A stretch of 64,000 bases of DNA, taken from positions 12,192,828 to 12,256,827 of the forward strand of contig OZ316894.1 of NCBI GenBank assembly GCA_973895155.1, written 5' to 3'. Made by a program: the position numbers and the translations under genes. Below the pieces are notes generated by a model. The model saw nothing but the letters and a program-made list of their open reading frames with translations. It was not told the origin of the DNA and did not search any database. Positions 49,983 to 62,654 of the stretch are shown here, piece after piece. This DNA is from Marsupella aquatica. Lineage: Eukaryota > Plantae > Marchantiophyta. The stretch's first letter is position 1, and every line of letters begins with the position of its first letter.

Positions 49983-51197
49983 TTCCAAACACCTAATCTT
50001 TCCCCTTAACTTTGCGCTTTGCATGTGAGAATTAGTGGGACTTGACACGCTGTTTCGTGCCGGTAAAAGTAGTGTAGAGGCCGACTTGAATTGGCTACCA
50101 GGTCGGCTAGTTCAGTTGCTATATGTAGTTACAGCTATTATCCTGAAGTAAGTTAGAGTCACTATTAATAGTGGTTGCATTGGGGAGACCACGCCATGCA
50201 ACTGCAGAGTTCATCTTTTCAAATTTCACCAATGCAGACATACCCTGCAGGTGCTGGCAGTAATGTCCTTGGAACCCGCTACATGGCGATTTTGAATTTA
50301 CTTGCTGTTGCGCAAGATGTCCATTTCTGCATTCTTTTGCCGGATTTTTTGGCTGATAATCATAACACAGTAACACACACATACATGCACTCCTGAAGTG
50401 CCAACATGGTCCCTCTATATGGTGGGCGATCAGGCTGTCTCGCTTTGTTTGTTCCACCTTGCACTCAACCCAGCGACGTTTAGGCAACAACTGTAGTGCA
50501 TCATTTCTCCAGCTTTTACAAGATCACCATCGACCAAAACGAATTGAATGGGAATCAGTCACTCAGTCAGCGAATGTAGGCCCCAAGCTCTTGTGCTTGT
50601 CAAGAGGGTCACTCTGGTCTCCATCTGGGCAGGTAGCCCTCCTGCCATACCTCTCGCCATGCACCCGGGCTCCTCCTGCTATCATCATACCAGTAATCTT
50701 CCAGCTCCCGACCAGCTGGTGCTGCCCTCCCGGATGATCTCTCTTGTGCTTCTCGAGAGGGCCTGGTCCCCATCTGGGCCAATAGCCCTCCTGCCATGCC
50801 CGTCACCAGCCTCCAACTACCATAGTGCTCCGGCTTCCTGTCAACTCCCGATAGCTCTTCTCCCTAAAGTTCTCCAATCCCATACCCGTCCTTCCTACCC
50901 ATAACTCTCCAACTTATTACTCGATCAGGCGATCAGACTGCAGTAAAGCATTTTCAAGAGGAATGAGTCTTGTTTGTGGTCCTGCATATTTGCCCTCGAA
51001 AGCAAATAAGTTTTACCCACATTCAAGAAGAGAAGATTTCCTGGACAGGTTTTTTCTACCCTCAACACAAAATAAATTAACTAAAACAGCACATTTTTTA
51101 GTTTTTTAAACCAGCCAAGTGTGCCCCTGCACAGACGTGTCCGACCTAACCTACCACTATCTTACTAATAATCTGCTATGGGAAGCTACTGTTTGTG

Positions 51198-51668
51198 TAG
51201 AGTGAAATCTCTAGACCATCACTCTCAAAACAGACAAAACTGATTAAAGGTCTTCATAAGGACAAAACTTCAAATGAGGGTGGACAACAGACAAAGATGG
51301 GGGCAAAAATTGCAAAAAGTGACATTGACTCTATAAATAAAGACAAAACTGAGAGGAGTGCGGACAAAAACAAGGATGGATGAATAGAGTAGCATAGAAT
51401 TTTTTTGGTGCACTAGTTTTTTTATTCACTAGCCCGATTACCCTTTCCTTGAACATAAATAAATATGAAGAAAAAAATCTTGCATGATAAAATTTCTATG
51501 CTATTTCAGCTAATCTTTGCCCCATCCTTGTCTTTTGTCCAGTCTCATTTTAGTTTTCTTTATTTGGAATCAATATCATTTTTTTCCATCTTTATTAAAG
51601 TATTTTTAATTGACATTTATGATCACTTTTGTCTCTAGTAAGGGTTACGGTCTAGAGGCTTCACTCTA
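51198..51668. mobile_element. Foldback/long-TIR non-autonomous element; right end duplicated at ~51738-51805
   Basis: TAGAGTGAAATCTCTAGACCATCACTC..GACAAAA is inverted relative to TTTTGTC..GGTTACGGTCTAGAGGCTTCACTCTA. Inner arms also pair (TAGCATAGAATTT/AAATTTCTATGCTA; GGACAAAAACAAGGATGG/CCATCCTTGTCTTTTGTCC). Confidence 0.7.
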
Positions 51669-52302
51669 GACCCTAGGCCCCCGCCTAGGCCCTTAAGAGT
51701 AGACTTCATTCGGGCTTTCTAATAAGATTTATAATCATTTGTCTCTAGTAAGGGTTATGGTCTAGAGGCTTCACTCTAGACACTAGGCCCTAAAGAGTAG
51801 ACTTTTGTTTTGCGCTTTTATTATAAGATGTCTATTTACGTCAAGGAAGGGGTAATCAAGCTAGTGTGTCCAAAACATTTGCAAAACTTCATGTCAAAAG
51901 GGGCCATTTGCGTTGGTATGGGATGTGGCCCATAAACCCCACCAGTGTAAGGCGGTGTATATATATTAAGGAGAGGGCAAGAAGAAAATTCCAAGAAATA
52001 ATATGGTATTGTAAGTGGGAGGCAAGTACTCTAGCCAGGGATGAACCTACCTAGGGAACTCATTTTTTGTTGCCTTTCAACATTCCTGTTCTCATGGGCT
52101 GTGTGCAATCATTTGATGTATTGGTAGTTAATGCATACTTACTTATGGTTATAAATTCTGGGATGATCAAACTTGTTGTTTGTTCTAAGTTATCGTGCAT
52201 AAGTTGAAGGACGGGCCTTGGGCCTTATGGCTGCTGGGTGCAGCACCCTGCAGGATGAGGAGGTCAGCATATGATTCCCGGTTTGACCTTGCCCGTCAAA
52301 TT

Positions 52303-52580
52303 GGGCACTGGAGACCGTCAAACTGTCATTCCGTCATCCTGGCAGTCTCCCGGAGTCGGGTTCAGGTCCAGGTGGCAGGATCGGGGTCGGATTCAGGCTA
52401 GGTGTTAAAAGTGTCCGGGCAGGGTCCAGGGGAGTCTGGGGAAGTCCGGGCCGGGTTTGGGTGGGCTGGGGCTGGCGTTCGGGGTAGGTCAAGCTGGAGT
52501 CCAGGGGAGTCCGGGGAGTCAGACGGAATATGCGTTAAATTGCACATTTTTTTGCCGTCATTTGATGGTTTTACGTGCCC
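52303..52580. mobile_element. Small GC-rich element with imperfect TIRs and a G-rich core
   Basis: GGGCACTGGAGACCGTCAAA versus reverse complement GGGCACGTAAAACCATCAAA; repeated CCGTCA and GTCC(A/G)GGG motifs. Confidence 0.45.
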
Positions 52581-55471
52581 GGCAAGCCGTCAACTTGCCT
52601 GTCAGGCTAAATGGGGATGTGATCACTTAGGAGGAAGTAGGGTTTAGGGTTTTTAATGGCTACATTTATCATTATTGTTAAGTCACCCAATGTAACTAGT
52701 GGTCTTTGGTATTGTAAGATGTAGGTTGACTAGAGTGCTCTTGCCAGTCTCTTGCAGTGTGTGTTACCCAGGACATTGTGGACCGAGGATGATGAGCCCA
52801 ATTACAGGGGGTTGGCTGATAAGGAGCTGCCCACTCCTACAGCAGCAAGCGCGCACGGCAGATGTGCTGGAGAGCAATCAGCAGAGTATGCGGGCAGCCC
52901 ATGATCTTTTCCCGGGAGAGTCCACAAGTAGGTTATTGGACAGAGAGAGGGAGAGGCAGTCAGTAGTTGTGTCTAGCCTGGGTGAGAGAGATAGTACCAA
53001 AGATATCTGGAGGGTAGGGTGGCGTCTAGACGACATCTGGGGGGATGAGGATGAGCCTGAGGGTGAGGGCCACCAATGCAAGTATGGATGGAGGTGCACC
53101 TTGATGTGAGCAGGGTGCTAGGTAGGTTAGTATAGAGGCTTATTTAGTCTTCAGGGTAACTATATGGACCCTTATTGTAATCCTAGTTGTAATGACAAGG
53201 TATTTTGTGCATAGGTGTTGCCTTCTACACTAATTTGAATGGAGCCCCATGACCACACCAATCCATGTAAATCCAGTAAGTACAAACCCTTAACCAAAAC
53301 CTTCACCAAAAAGAAGCCTACTCCATTAATATATAACCGGCAATCCATAACCCGCAATTCCATAACAAGATGTCAAGATGAGGAAAATATGTTGAGGAGA
53401 GAAAGAATGTCGAGGGTGAGGGAAAGATGTCATGGGGAAGATAAAGATGGCAAGGTGAGAAAAAGATGGTAAACTATTTATTATAGAAGTTAATATTGTG
53501 TATTCACACAGCGGGTTCTTTACAAGTCGCCAAAGGATGCAAAAAGCGCCATGCAAAGTCCTGTCCGTAACATTCCCATATTTATGTGGTACATTACAAC
53601 GTTTACAGATGACTAAACAAAGGCTAGACACACTGTTCCGGATGATGTAAAGTGGGAAAGTTTTTAATAGTTAGAAGTAGCAGTATTCAATGCGAGAAGT
53701 GAGTTCAAACATCATAAGTCAACCAGCTTTTGCAGAAAGCCCCATAGAATAGTGGGGATCACCCAGAGCCATTTGCACACAAAAAACACGACACTTAGAA
53801 AGCTTGGAAGTCACCTGGACATGGAGCAGCGGAGGCAGGCAGCATCTAAGAGTGGGACCAAGGGGGTTGCAATAAACAAGTTTGAATGTAATAAATCACT
53901 TTTTCAATACTGGTGCTCCTGAATATCCACAAACTGAGGCAAAAACAGTATGTAGAGGGGCGAGGGACTTGTGAGAATAAAATGGGGAAGGACTGTTATT
54001 TGAACTTAGATGCACATGGCATCTGGTATCTCAAAACAAATAGAAAGTGACCTTGTAAGGCCCAGGCATGGGTACTGAGCAAAGGAGATTGAGGGGAAGG
54101 AGTTCTGAGGGGTCTCCCTAGTTGGAAGCACCCCCATCCCATGGGACAGTTTGAGCTTTTTATAAGATCCTTCAAATCCTTTTAAGAGAAGCATTGATAA
54201 ATTTATTGGTTTCTAAACACCTTGAGTTGTATGGTTTTCTTTCCTTTAGAAAATTCTATCTCCCGAGAATCAACAGGAGAGGCCTGGACAAGGCAAAAGG
54301 GAATAGCTGCTGTACAGGGTAAGTTGGGGGTAAATAAAGAAGATGGAGAGAGGAAATGAATTGCGCAAAACAAAAAAGAAGAGGCTTCTCCCTTAGGCAA
54401 GACCCAATATGATCCCAGGTCTGCCTGCCCAGGTTCTCTCAATTTCTGGGCTTGTTTCTCATTTTGTAGCTGGCCGGGTCTCACTTCCACATGAAAAACA
54501 AAATGCCATGAGTGGTTGTATGTTTGGCCTAGACCTATCTTGAAAGATTGCATATTAAGTGTCACACCTGATGGGGATATGTATTTATGAGAGATCCCCC
54601 TGAGTGAGTTAAATTTGTGAATGGTCCACTTTCTCCTCCTTAAAATTTTATTATTGAAATTACTCCTTCTATGCAAAAGAATGGGGGAGAAGAAATTGTT
54701 TGGAAAACAAAAACGACAGAGCAAAGAAGCAAGGTAAGAAAATGAACAGAACTAAATTCAAGATTTTTAGGAGAGGAGAGGAGAGGAGAGGGCTACAGAA
54801 AACTATAAAATGGAAAGAAGTAGAAATAGAGAAATTACTTAAATTTTCACATGAAAAGTGTGCATTTGTGTAATTGTCGAACCCAAGGCTGGTAATCCAA
54901 CAACGGACGATCAGAGATTATTATATGGCAATTAAAATTAAATAAGTGGAACAGTGACGGCCATAGGTAAAGGTTGGTCGAACACTAATATCGACAGGAC
55001 TTAGCTAGTCCAAAGATTATGTAGGGTATCTGAATCCACAATTGTTTGTTTGCTGTTCCCCCAATTTGCAGCTTGGGCAATAGATTTTCCCATTGAATAG
55101 TTTGTTTACGGATTAGTTTGCCGCTGGAAGAATTAATAAGGGCAGAAATTGCACAATTTTCATCTGAAAGAAATTCAGAACTCTTCTTTATGAAAACAGA
55201 CTATCTCCAAGTCTTCGTCCTAATTAGAACATTCAGTTTTTTAAATTGGAATTTAAAATTAACAGCCAGTCAGGGATTTGAATAAAGCTGTCGTGTGGTG
55301 TTAAGTTCTCAATTGCATGTGTGAGGGTAGAGAGAAAAGCAAGGCATACAATTGAGTGTGACCCTAGGCATACAATTAATTCCCAAAACAAGCATGGATT
55401 GACTCTCACATAGGAGCAAAGGTTGGATGGACCATTTGGAGCTAGTTTAAATATCTTACTTTGTAAACAGT

Positions 55472-55754
55472 AGTTTGTCAATTTAGTTTCGATACTTGAT
55501 GTGGACTATTAGTTTTTTGTCACATTTGCTAGGAATGATGAGGACCTCGGTCTGTTTGGGTTAGTTTTAGTTACTCTTTCTTGGTTTTTAGGGTTCCTAT
55601 TGTTCATTTCTTAGTTTTAGTTCCTCTTTCTTGGTTTTAGGGGTCCCCTATTGCTCACTTCTTTTACGTTTGCTTTTGTCCACTTGGATCCTCTTTTGTT
55701 TGTTCTTTTGTACTCTGTTAGATCCTTTTCTATAAAAAGTTTGTATATTTTTTC
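55472..55754 (+). mobile_element. 5'-truncated copy of the CRE-like element (3' UTR)
   Basis: Matches the end of the ORF and the 3' UTR (AGGAATGATGAGGACCTCGGTC..TTTTGTCCACTTGG). 13-bp TSD CTTTGTAAACAGT at 55459-55471 and 55755-55767. Confidence 0.9.
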
Positions 55755-57564
55755 CTTTGTAAACAGTTTATGAAGGATTTTGTTACTGTCCTTACATAAA
55801 CATTCTAGTTAAATATGAAAGGTATTTATAAGTTTTTATTTTATATTCTGGGTCTAGAGTACAATATTTTATTTCTTGTATTCTATATGAAATCCAACAA
55901 TATTAACTTATATATATTTTGTGTAGCACGTGATTGGTACAATTTTTGTTGTTGAGGCCTGAAGAACTGGCATGCAAGTTCACATGACAACAAAAGCATA
56001 TTTGGTAGAAAAAATAAAAAGTACCTTAAAAACCTTATTTTTTACAGGAGGTGGATTTTACAATTTCTTGTAGTTGATCCCCAAAAACCCACATGCAAGC
56101 TCACATGACAACAAAAGCATTGAGAGCCACCTTAGTTAATAAAGAAAATTATATTAAAAATATATGTATATATTTAGATAGAAGTTGGTGCCCCTTCATT
56201 TATCAAGAACAACCAAGACATCATTTGTATAAATCCTCAATAGCTGAACAAAAACATTCCTTGTTTAACAGCAGGAACAAATTTGTCTTCCCCAGATTTC
56301 TATCTGATTTTATTTTATTGCTTCGATGTACGACCATGCTTGATCCTGACTATGATGGATCAAATGGGGACCAAAAAACTGAGGATTCACACAAAGTAAA
56401 CTGAGTTGTCATTAGAATAACAATAAATATTCCAGGGTATCGGGTCCACATGAATTTAGACAGTCCATTTGCAGTGATGCTGTTGTCATACATTGTAATC
56501 AGTGGAATTCAGTTTACATGACGTTAAACATCTCAGAGAAAACGAATAGTTCACGAATTTTGGGACCACAAACCGTCAAACCTTGTAAGGGGGATTCTCT
56601 AAAGCAAATAGAGATTACAATATGTCACAGATTTGGGCAGGGTCAAACCGCAAAACAACTCTACTGGAGTGTTTGCATTTTATATTCAAGAGTGGGGTGC
56701 ACTTTGCCCTTTTGAGGTAATGATTCCCAACCGACACGGAAAAGAACCAAGGGCAACAATTGGTCCATGACAAATATCGAGTCCTGACGAGATATTTGAT
56801 ACCCCAACAACATAAAAAGTTGTGTCGTGCTGTTGGTCCCCCACCGCGCACCCCATGCCATCCCTAGAACACAAAGTTGGACAGTAATTAAGTTCAGAAC
56901 ATTCTCTTGATTTCCTAGTGAACATTCTCTTAATAAATAGGCTGACACTTTAGAGTCTCATATGGCCCCTTACGGAAGTCATAATCATTGTATATGGTGT
57001 AATAGAGGATGATCGTTTTTTCCATTCTATCAGGTAAAACGGACTTACCATAAGGCACTAGGAAACACGATCATTTATCGCAAAATATTTCTTGACCACA
57101 GAATAGTTTTTGATACTTTGAGACCAGAAAGTGGTGACTTTGGACACTATTTGAGTTTCCTTAGTACTAGCCTGAGTGCTCGCCCTATGAATATAAATGC
57201 ATTCAAACCCGCTATTTTCAGAGACTCATCTGCCCTAATCTCTATTTCTCACTAGCACTCCCAAATTCAGTTACACAGCCCTTCTCCCAAGTCACAGTTG
57301 TGAGGCTGCGTTTGCTCTTAAAAGTAGCTTTCTGTTGAAAATACATAGGTAGATTTAGACTAAGATCATGTCATGTGGGTTCTACAAATTTGCAACCTCC
57401 ATCAGGGATAGACATAATAAGGTTTTCCTGGCCATGGGTAGTGGGCTGTCAAAAGGTAGTTAAGGACGAGGGAGAAAGTAAACACAAAAACAGGCCAGTT
57501 TGACATCCCTTTAAATTATTGGCAAAAAAAACGCATCATCATACAGTCTGATATAGTATCTTAA

Positions 57565-57567
<3 letters not shown>

Positions 57568-57612
<45 letters not shown>
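57568..57612. repeat. (TA)n microsatellite
   Basis: Direct run. Confidence 0.95.
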
Positions 57613-57617
<5 letters not shown>

Positions 57618-58367
57618 GTTTGATGTACTTCTTTGAATGAAAAAAAAACTCAAGTGGAGTGGAAAAAAATGGATGTATAATATAATAGGGCATCTCAAAT
57701 CTAGCTCAACCATGGCTGAACATTGTGGACTTATGATCCATCCTGTAACTTTGGTTATGAGACCCATTTAAATAATTCAAAAATGAAGGGAGTAGCATTG
57801 ACCTGCCGCTAAAGAAGGAGTTATGGCCTCCCCTCATTCTGATAGCATAACTCATTTTCCCTCATACTTGGTCAGCCGCCATCTCCAATATAGTAGTCAT
57901 TACCACATTAGGCGCAAAGCCCAGGTGCCTTCAATTGCAACTTTTAGGATCTCTGAGTTTGTGCCTAAAGGCAGGAAAGTTGTCAAGATTACTGTTTTAA
58001 ATGTTGAGCTCACAGGGTTTCCTAAGCTACAGTGTTGTCAGTCCAGATAATTTTTCTAAGTGTTGATCCCACAGGCTTTCTTTATGGTAACGAAAGATCC
58101 TATAACTTTTATGGGAGTTACTGTGACTCGTGAGGGAAAAGTTGATAGTGGCATGCCGGAGTATTGAGATTCCCTAATAAAGACAAAAAAAAAACATGTA
58201 AGAAAGAAACAATTTAATGCATGAGTATGTAGTAGAAAGAGGCAGCACATTGATGAGGAAGATGCATAGTCATAGAACACTAATGATGTGTAGTTGGAGT
58301 ACAAAAATAAGAATAGAGGGCCTCAAATTAAATTAAAAAAATTGACAAGGAGTCCAAGATTGAGTCA

Positions 58368-58720
58368 GAGTATCTTCAACTCAATGGGGTTTTGTTCAGG
58401 GGTACATTAGATACTCAATCTAACAAACCCTTTTAGTTTGGTATAATTATCATGAACAACTAAATAGCAACCCCAACCCTCACAACATATCTCTCCCTGA
58501 ACAATAGGTATCTGCGTGCAACAAGGGTAGATTGGAAATTTTAAAACCCAGCACAAACCCAGTAAGGACTAACTAGTGTATAATCTCTTCCATGTAGATC
58601 CAATAACATTAAACTCTATTCCTGAAAACTGAGTGGGTTGGACCCTAATTTTGGCACGTTTTTTACAGTTTGGTCAAAACAGTGTTACTGTAATAGAACC
58701 GCATTGATTTGGAGATGCTC
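58368..58720. mobile_element. Tourist/PIF-Harbinger-like MITE
   Basis: TIRs GAGTATCTTCAACTCAATG and reverse complement GAGCATCTCCAAATCAATG; flanks TCA/TAA. Confidence 0.65.
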
Positions 58721-59271
58721 TAATGGCCTTTTTGGTCCTCTAATTACCTAAAACATAAAATTAGCCCTATCGTGTGGAGTGCATTTCTGGATCATAACTG
58801 TATGTGTTCAAATGTGACTCCTTATCTCATGCCTTTTTCAAAATTTCATCAAACAATTGTTGAAATTATATAATGATAACAAGAAATTTGGCAAGAGATT
58901 TGACTAGTGAGCGGATAATATAGGATTTCCCTTATGGTAATACAAATTATAAAGCATTTTCATAGTGCAACATCTTTTCATGTTTGTCTCGTGTAATTAT
59001 CCACATAGTATATAGGGGCTTGAGTGTGCAAATGTCCAGTGTCATTCCTGCATCCAATCGACTTGAGATATATGCTTGAAGGAAACCCTGTCAGAAATAT
59101 TTTATATGCTGGCCCCCATAATTTTTTTGTTACACACTAGGCCCCCTATATATGTTGGTTCCATATATGTGGTTCTTGTGTGGTGCCTAACTGCATGGTC
59201 CACCATTTGTTTCCCACTGTAGTCTACTGTGAGTGGCAACATAGTCCATCGCATGTTGTCCCAATAGCTTA

Positions 59272-59387
59272 GCACACACTTCTTGGATATAGTGTGCAAC
59301 CTAGTTAACCTAACCTAGTCTGTGACTAAGGTCATCCCTAACTATGGTTACAATTGTAACCCTAGACCTAAGAGTTAATGCTTAACA
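59272..59387 (-). mobile_element. Partial LTR of the same copia family
   Basis: ATATAGTGTGCA.CCTAGTTAACCTAACC..CTAACTATGGTTA..GTAACCCTAGACCT..TAACA matches the end of LTR 7184-7526. Confidence 0.8.
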
Positions 59388-59564
59388 GTTGCACGTTTGC
59401 AAAATTTTCTCATGGCATGACGGCTTCTGCAGGTTTTAAAATATTATTGGTGGAGTGTTTTAAGATGTCTTGATCAATTATTGTCTGCCGCTAATGGTAT
59501 GTTTTGTGGGGTTGTCAATGTTCTATCATGGAAGGAGGGGGGGGGGGGGGGGCATTGGCATTTA

Positions 59565-60121
59565 GGAGGACTTTACAAGACGTTGGGGGCACTTGGGAGA
59601 TTTTTTTACTAAAGCAAACTGGAGGGCCACTGCACACACTAAATATAGTGTCCCAGGGCTAAAAGCATTTTTTGAATCCTTTTATTGCCCCCAAGGTCTT
59701 GTCCAAGTGCAGCCAATGGTGCCAGATTAATTGACTAAAAGACAGATTGAGGACCCACTCCACCTGAATGTCACGTAATCTTTGGCTTAAGTCTTTGTAA
59801 ATGTGAGAAGAAAATATCTTATGAAGGACTTGTGGGTAACTTTTTATTACAAATGACTTAAAATAGAAATGGACCAAGCGACCAGAAGAAGAGACCACCA
59901 AGAGAGGTGGTCTAAAATCTAGGACAAAAGAGTGCTCCACATATTAAGCAAAAATTGGGCCCCACTGCATTCCATGTAGGATTGGTCACAGGTTCGGTTG
60001 AAAGTGCCCCCAAGGTTTTGTAAAGTGAACAGCAGCAATTTCTCTCAAATGGATGGCCTTGATCAGATCTTGGACACAAAAAAATTGTGGAAACTGCCCC
60101 CAACGTCTTGTAAAGCCACCC
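59565..60121. mobile_element. Tourist/PIF-Harbinger-like MITE
   Basis: TIR core CTTTACAAGACGTTGGGGGCA at both ends; TTA TSD (59562-64, 60122-24). Confidence 0.85.
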
Positions 60122-62080
60122 TTAGTAGAGGCATTCCAACAATCAACGTGGCCCACATTGTCTTTACTTTACACTGAAACAAAATTTTAAAGTTCTACAG
60201 GGGCAACAGCTAAAAGTAGAGGAACCCTGGTTTGTTCCACCTTGAAAATTTGGGGGTGTCCAGTGGAAGAGAACATGGGTGATGTATTTGTTCCACAATT
60301 AAACAAATTTTAAACGTTGCAACAGGGGAAAATGGCCAGAACCCGGGCCAGAATTAAATAATCCTTGGTTCCTTTCATCTTAAACAATTTTGGGGTTTGG
60401 CTGCTAGAAGACCCAATGACAGAAGCAACATGGTGCAGAATCAAAGTATGAAGACATAACCCACACTAGCCTCCTTTTGATACACATGCACACACAGAAG
60501 CACAAAGAACAATGTCCAAACATCATTGTGAAAACCCCATGCATACCTTTTGTTACAACAGTAGCCTAATGACACCTGCAGTACTTTAATTAAGAATGTG
60601 AAATGAATAATGTCTAACCTGAAGACATGAATCATATTGTTGTCACTTCAATTACATTGCAGTTCAGGCAACAGCTGGCAGTATTCCACACTTATCTCCG
60701 GCCGTGAAGTTTGTGGGTACTATGTGGTTGACCACAATTTTTGACAAGCATGGTTGAGGTCAATTTTCATAGTAATTGCTATTGGTCATATTATGAAAGA
60801 AAACACCTTAATTATGAAAACAGTTAGAAGAACATCTAATACAAAAGTATCAGAGATGGCCTCGCAGAGTTTTGTAAACACCCATCACTTACACTTGTTA
60901 CAAGGAACCTAAAGGTCTGAGAAGTTTGTCTCCCTGAATAGTCATCAATGGCTGTTGGACTTGTCTGCCGTCTGCTGCCCAGAACATCCAGAATACTCAC
61001 ATTTTTTCTTTAGAGTAACAAGCTTTCATTGTGTGAAATCCACTTTTGGGTGGGGTGTGTGTAACTTCCTGCAAGGATATGAACCCCACACTTTCATCTC
61101 TCCAATCAAGTCGTCTAACACCAGGCCAGAGCCTCCTGGATGAAAATGCAGGTTCCTTTCCGGGTTTTAACCTCTTATTATCATTCTAACTTTGGACAAG
61201 GCGTGGCTGGGTGTACCAAGAGTTATAAATGACTTTTCATTGACTGGAGCCTTGAATCCTAGAAGCATGTACCTCAATAGACTTTAAATAGCAGGAATGA
61301 AAATTGAAGTTGGGTTTATGGTCTCAATTTGATTGAAATATTAATGTTTTAGGCACGTGTGTGCTATGGATAATATCCTAATCTTCTTGAATCACACCTA
61401 GAGTCACATATCTCTACTCTATAGTGTCTCGAAGCAATACACTACCATTCCATACACATATCCTCATTTTCTCCCCTTTCTTTTGAGTTCGCCACACCTA
61501 CCATCTCTGGACTCAATAATCAGTGTACTCTATGATTTCCTATCTGAAAGGTAGACATGCAGCATCCACTCTTTTGTCTGCTGACACAAAGCACTTGCTG
61601 TCAGATTTCCGAAAAAGAGAGAATGCACACCCTCAATTTTGGGTGATGTTTGACAATATCCTAATTTTTTAAAACTACACATCTATAGTGTATAGTGTCT
61701 CCAACCACTCCTATGCCTGCTTAAACCTGACATTGAAACACTTGCTGTCACATTTACAAAAAATATATACACAACAATGTGCCAAAGGACAAAAGAGTAA
61801 ACACATCCACTCATAGTATATTCTATTGGATATTAGATTGTATCCACGTCCATCAGAATTTTCAGTTCTCTGCACAATATTGTTTTAGTCTTCTTTGTTC
61901 CTTTGGGGGTTCTAGGTTTTGTCCCTGGTTGTGGTGGGGGATTACTTGCCTTGTTTGACATATTGAGTCTTCTTGGGGCCCTTCCCCTTTCTGTTTCCTT
62001 CTCTTTATTGAGTTGCTTTGCCTTTCAGATCCTGTCTCCCAGTTCGTCTCCCAGTTTGGCATTATTGCCTTTTGGCACTT

Positions 62081-62082
<2 letters not shown>

Positions 62083-62120
<38 letters not shown>

Positions 62121-62160
62121 ATGTGTGTGTGTGTATTGTGTATATTGTGTGTATGTGTAT
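62083..62160. repeat. (TA)n/(TG)n compound microsatellite
   Basis: Direct run. Confidence 0.9.
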
Positions 62161-62335
62161 AAACACATTCACTCATTGTTACCTTTCTCACTGATCCTTC
62201 TATACATATATCATTGCTAAAAGAAAGAAAGGAAAAAGCCCAACTGAAGGGGACACATGGTCCCATAGGCAGAGTAACCCAATAAAAGGAGGGGGAGAGG
62301 CCCTAGTGTAATGCTGACAGAAACGCTTGCTGTCA

Positions 62336-62654
62336 CCTTACAGTGTGCTCAAGCTCGGGCCATCCATCGTCAAACTTTGACAGTGGGTGCTAGTGTGCCT
62401 CCGCAGCGGCTAGCACCCCTAGAGGACATTCCAGTCCCACTGGTCGATTTAGTTTCGACACTTGATGTGAACCATTAGCTATTAGCCACATTAGCTAGGA
62501 ATGTTAAGGACCTCGGTTCATTTGCAGTTGTTTTAGTTCCCCTTCCTTGGTTCTTAGAGGTTTCTTTTTGCTCACTTCTTTTGCATTTGGTTTTGCCCAC
62601 TTGGGACCTCTTTTTGGCACTTTTCTGTAAAAAGTTTGTGTATGTTTTTAAAAG
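62336..62654 (+). mobile_element. 5'-truncated copy of the CRE-like element (C-terminal codons plus 3' UTR)
   Basis: Encodes VTLQ.AQARAI...TVGASVPPQRLAPLED as in the 898-aa ORF. 9-bp TSD TTGCTGTCA at 62327-62335 and 62655-62663. Confidence 0.92.

Noticed and set aside
53170-57100. Short ORFs possibly from old DNA transposons (also 50548-50904, 52699-53109, 60441-61143)
   Set aside because: Too decayed; no diagnostic transposase, helicase or RT motif could be recognised by eye.
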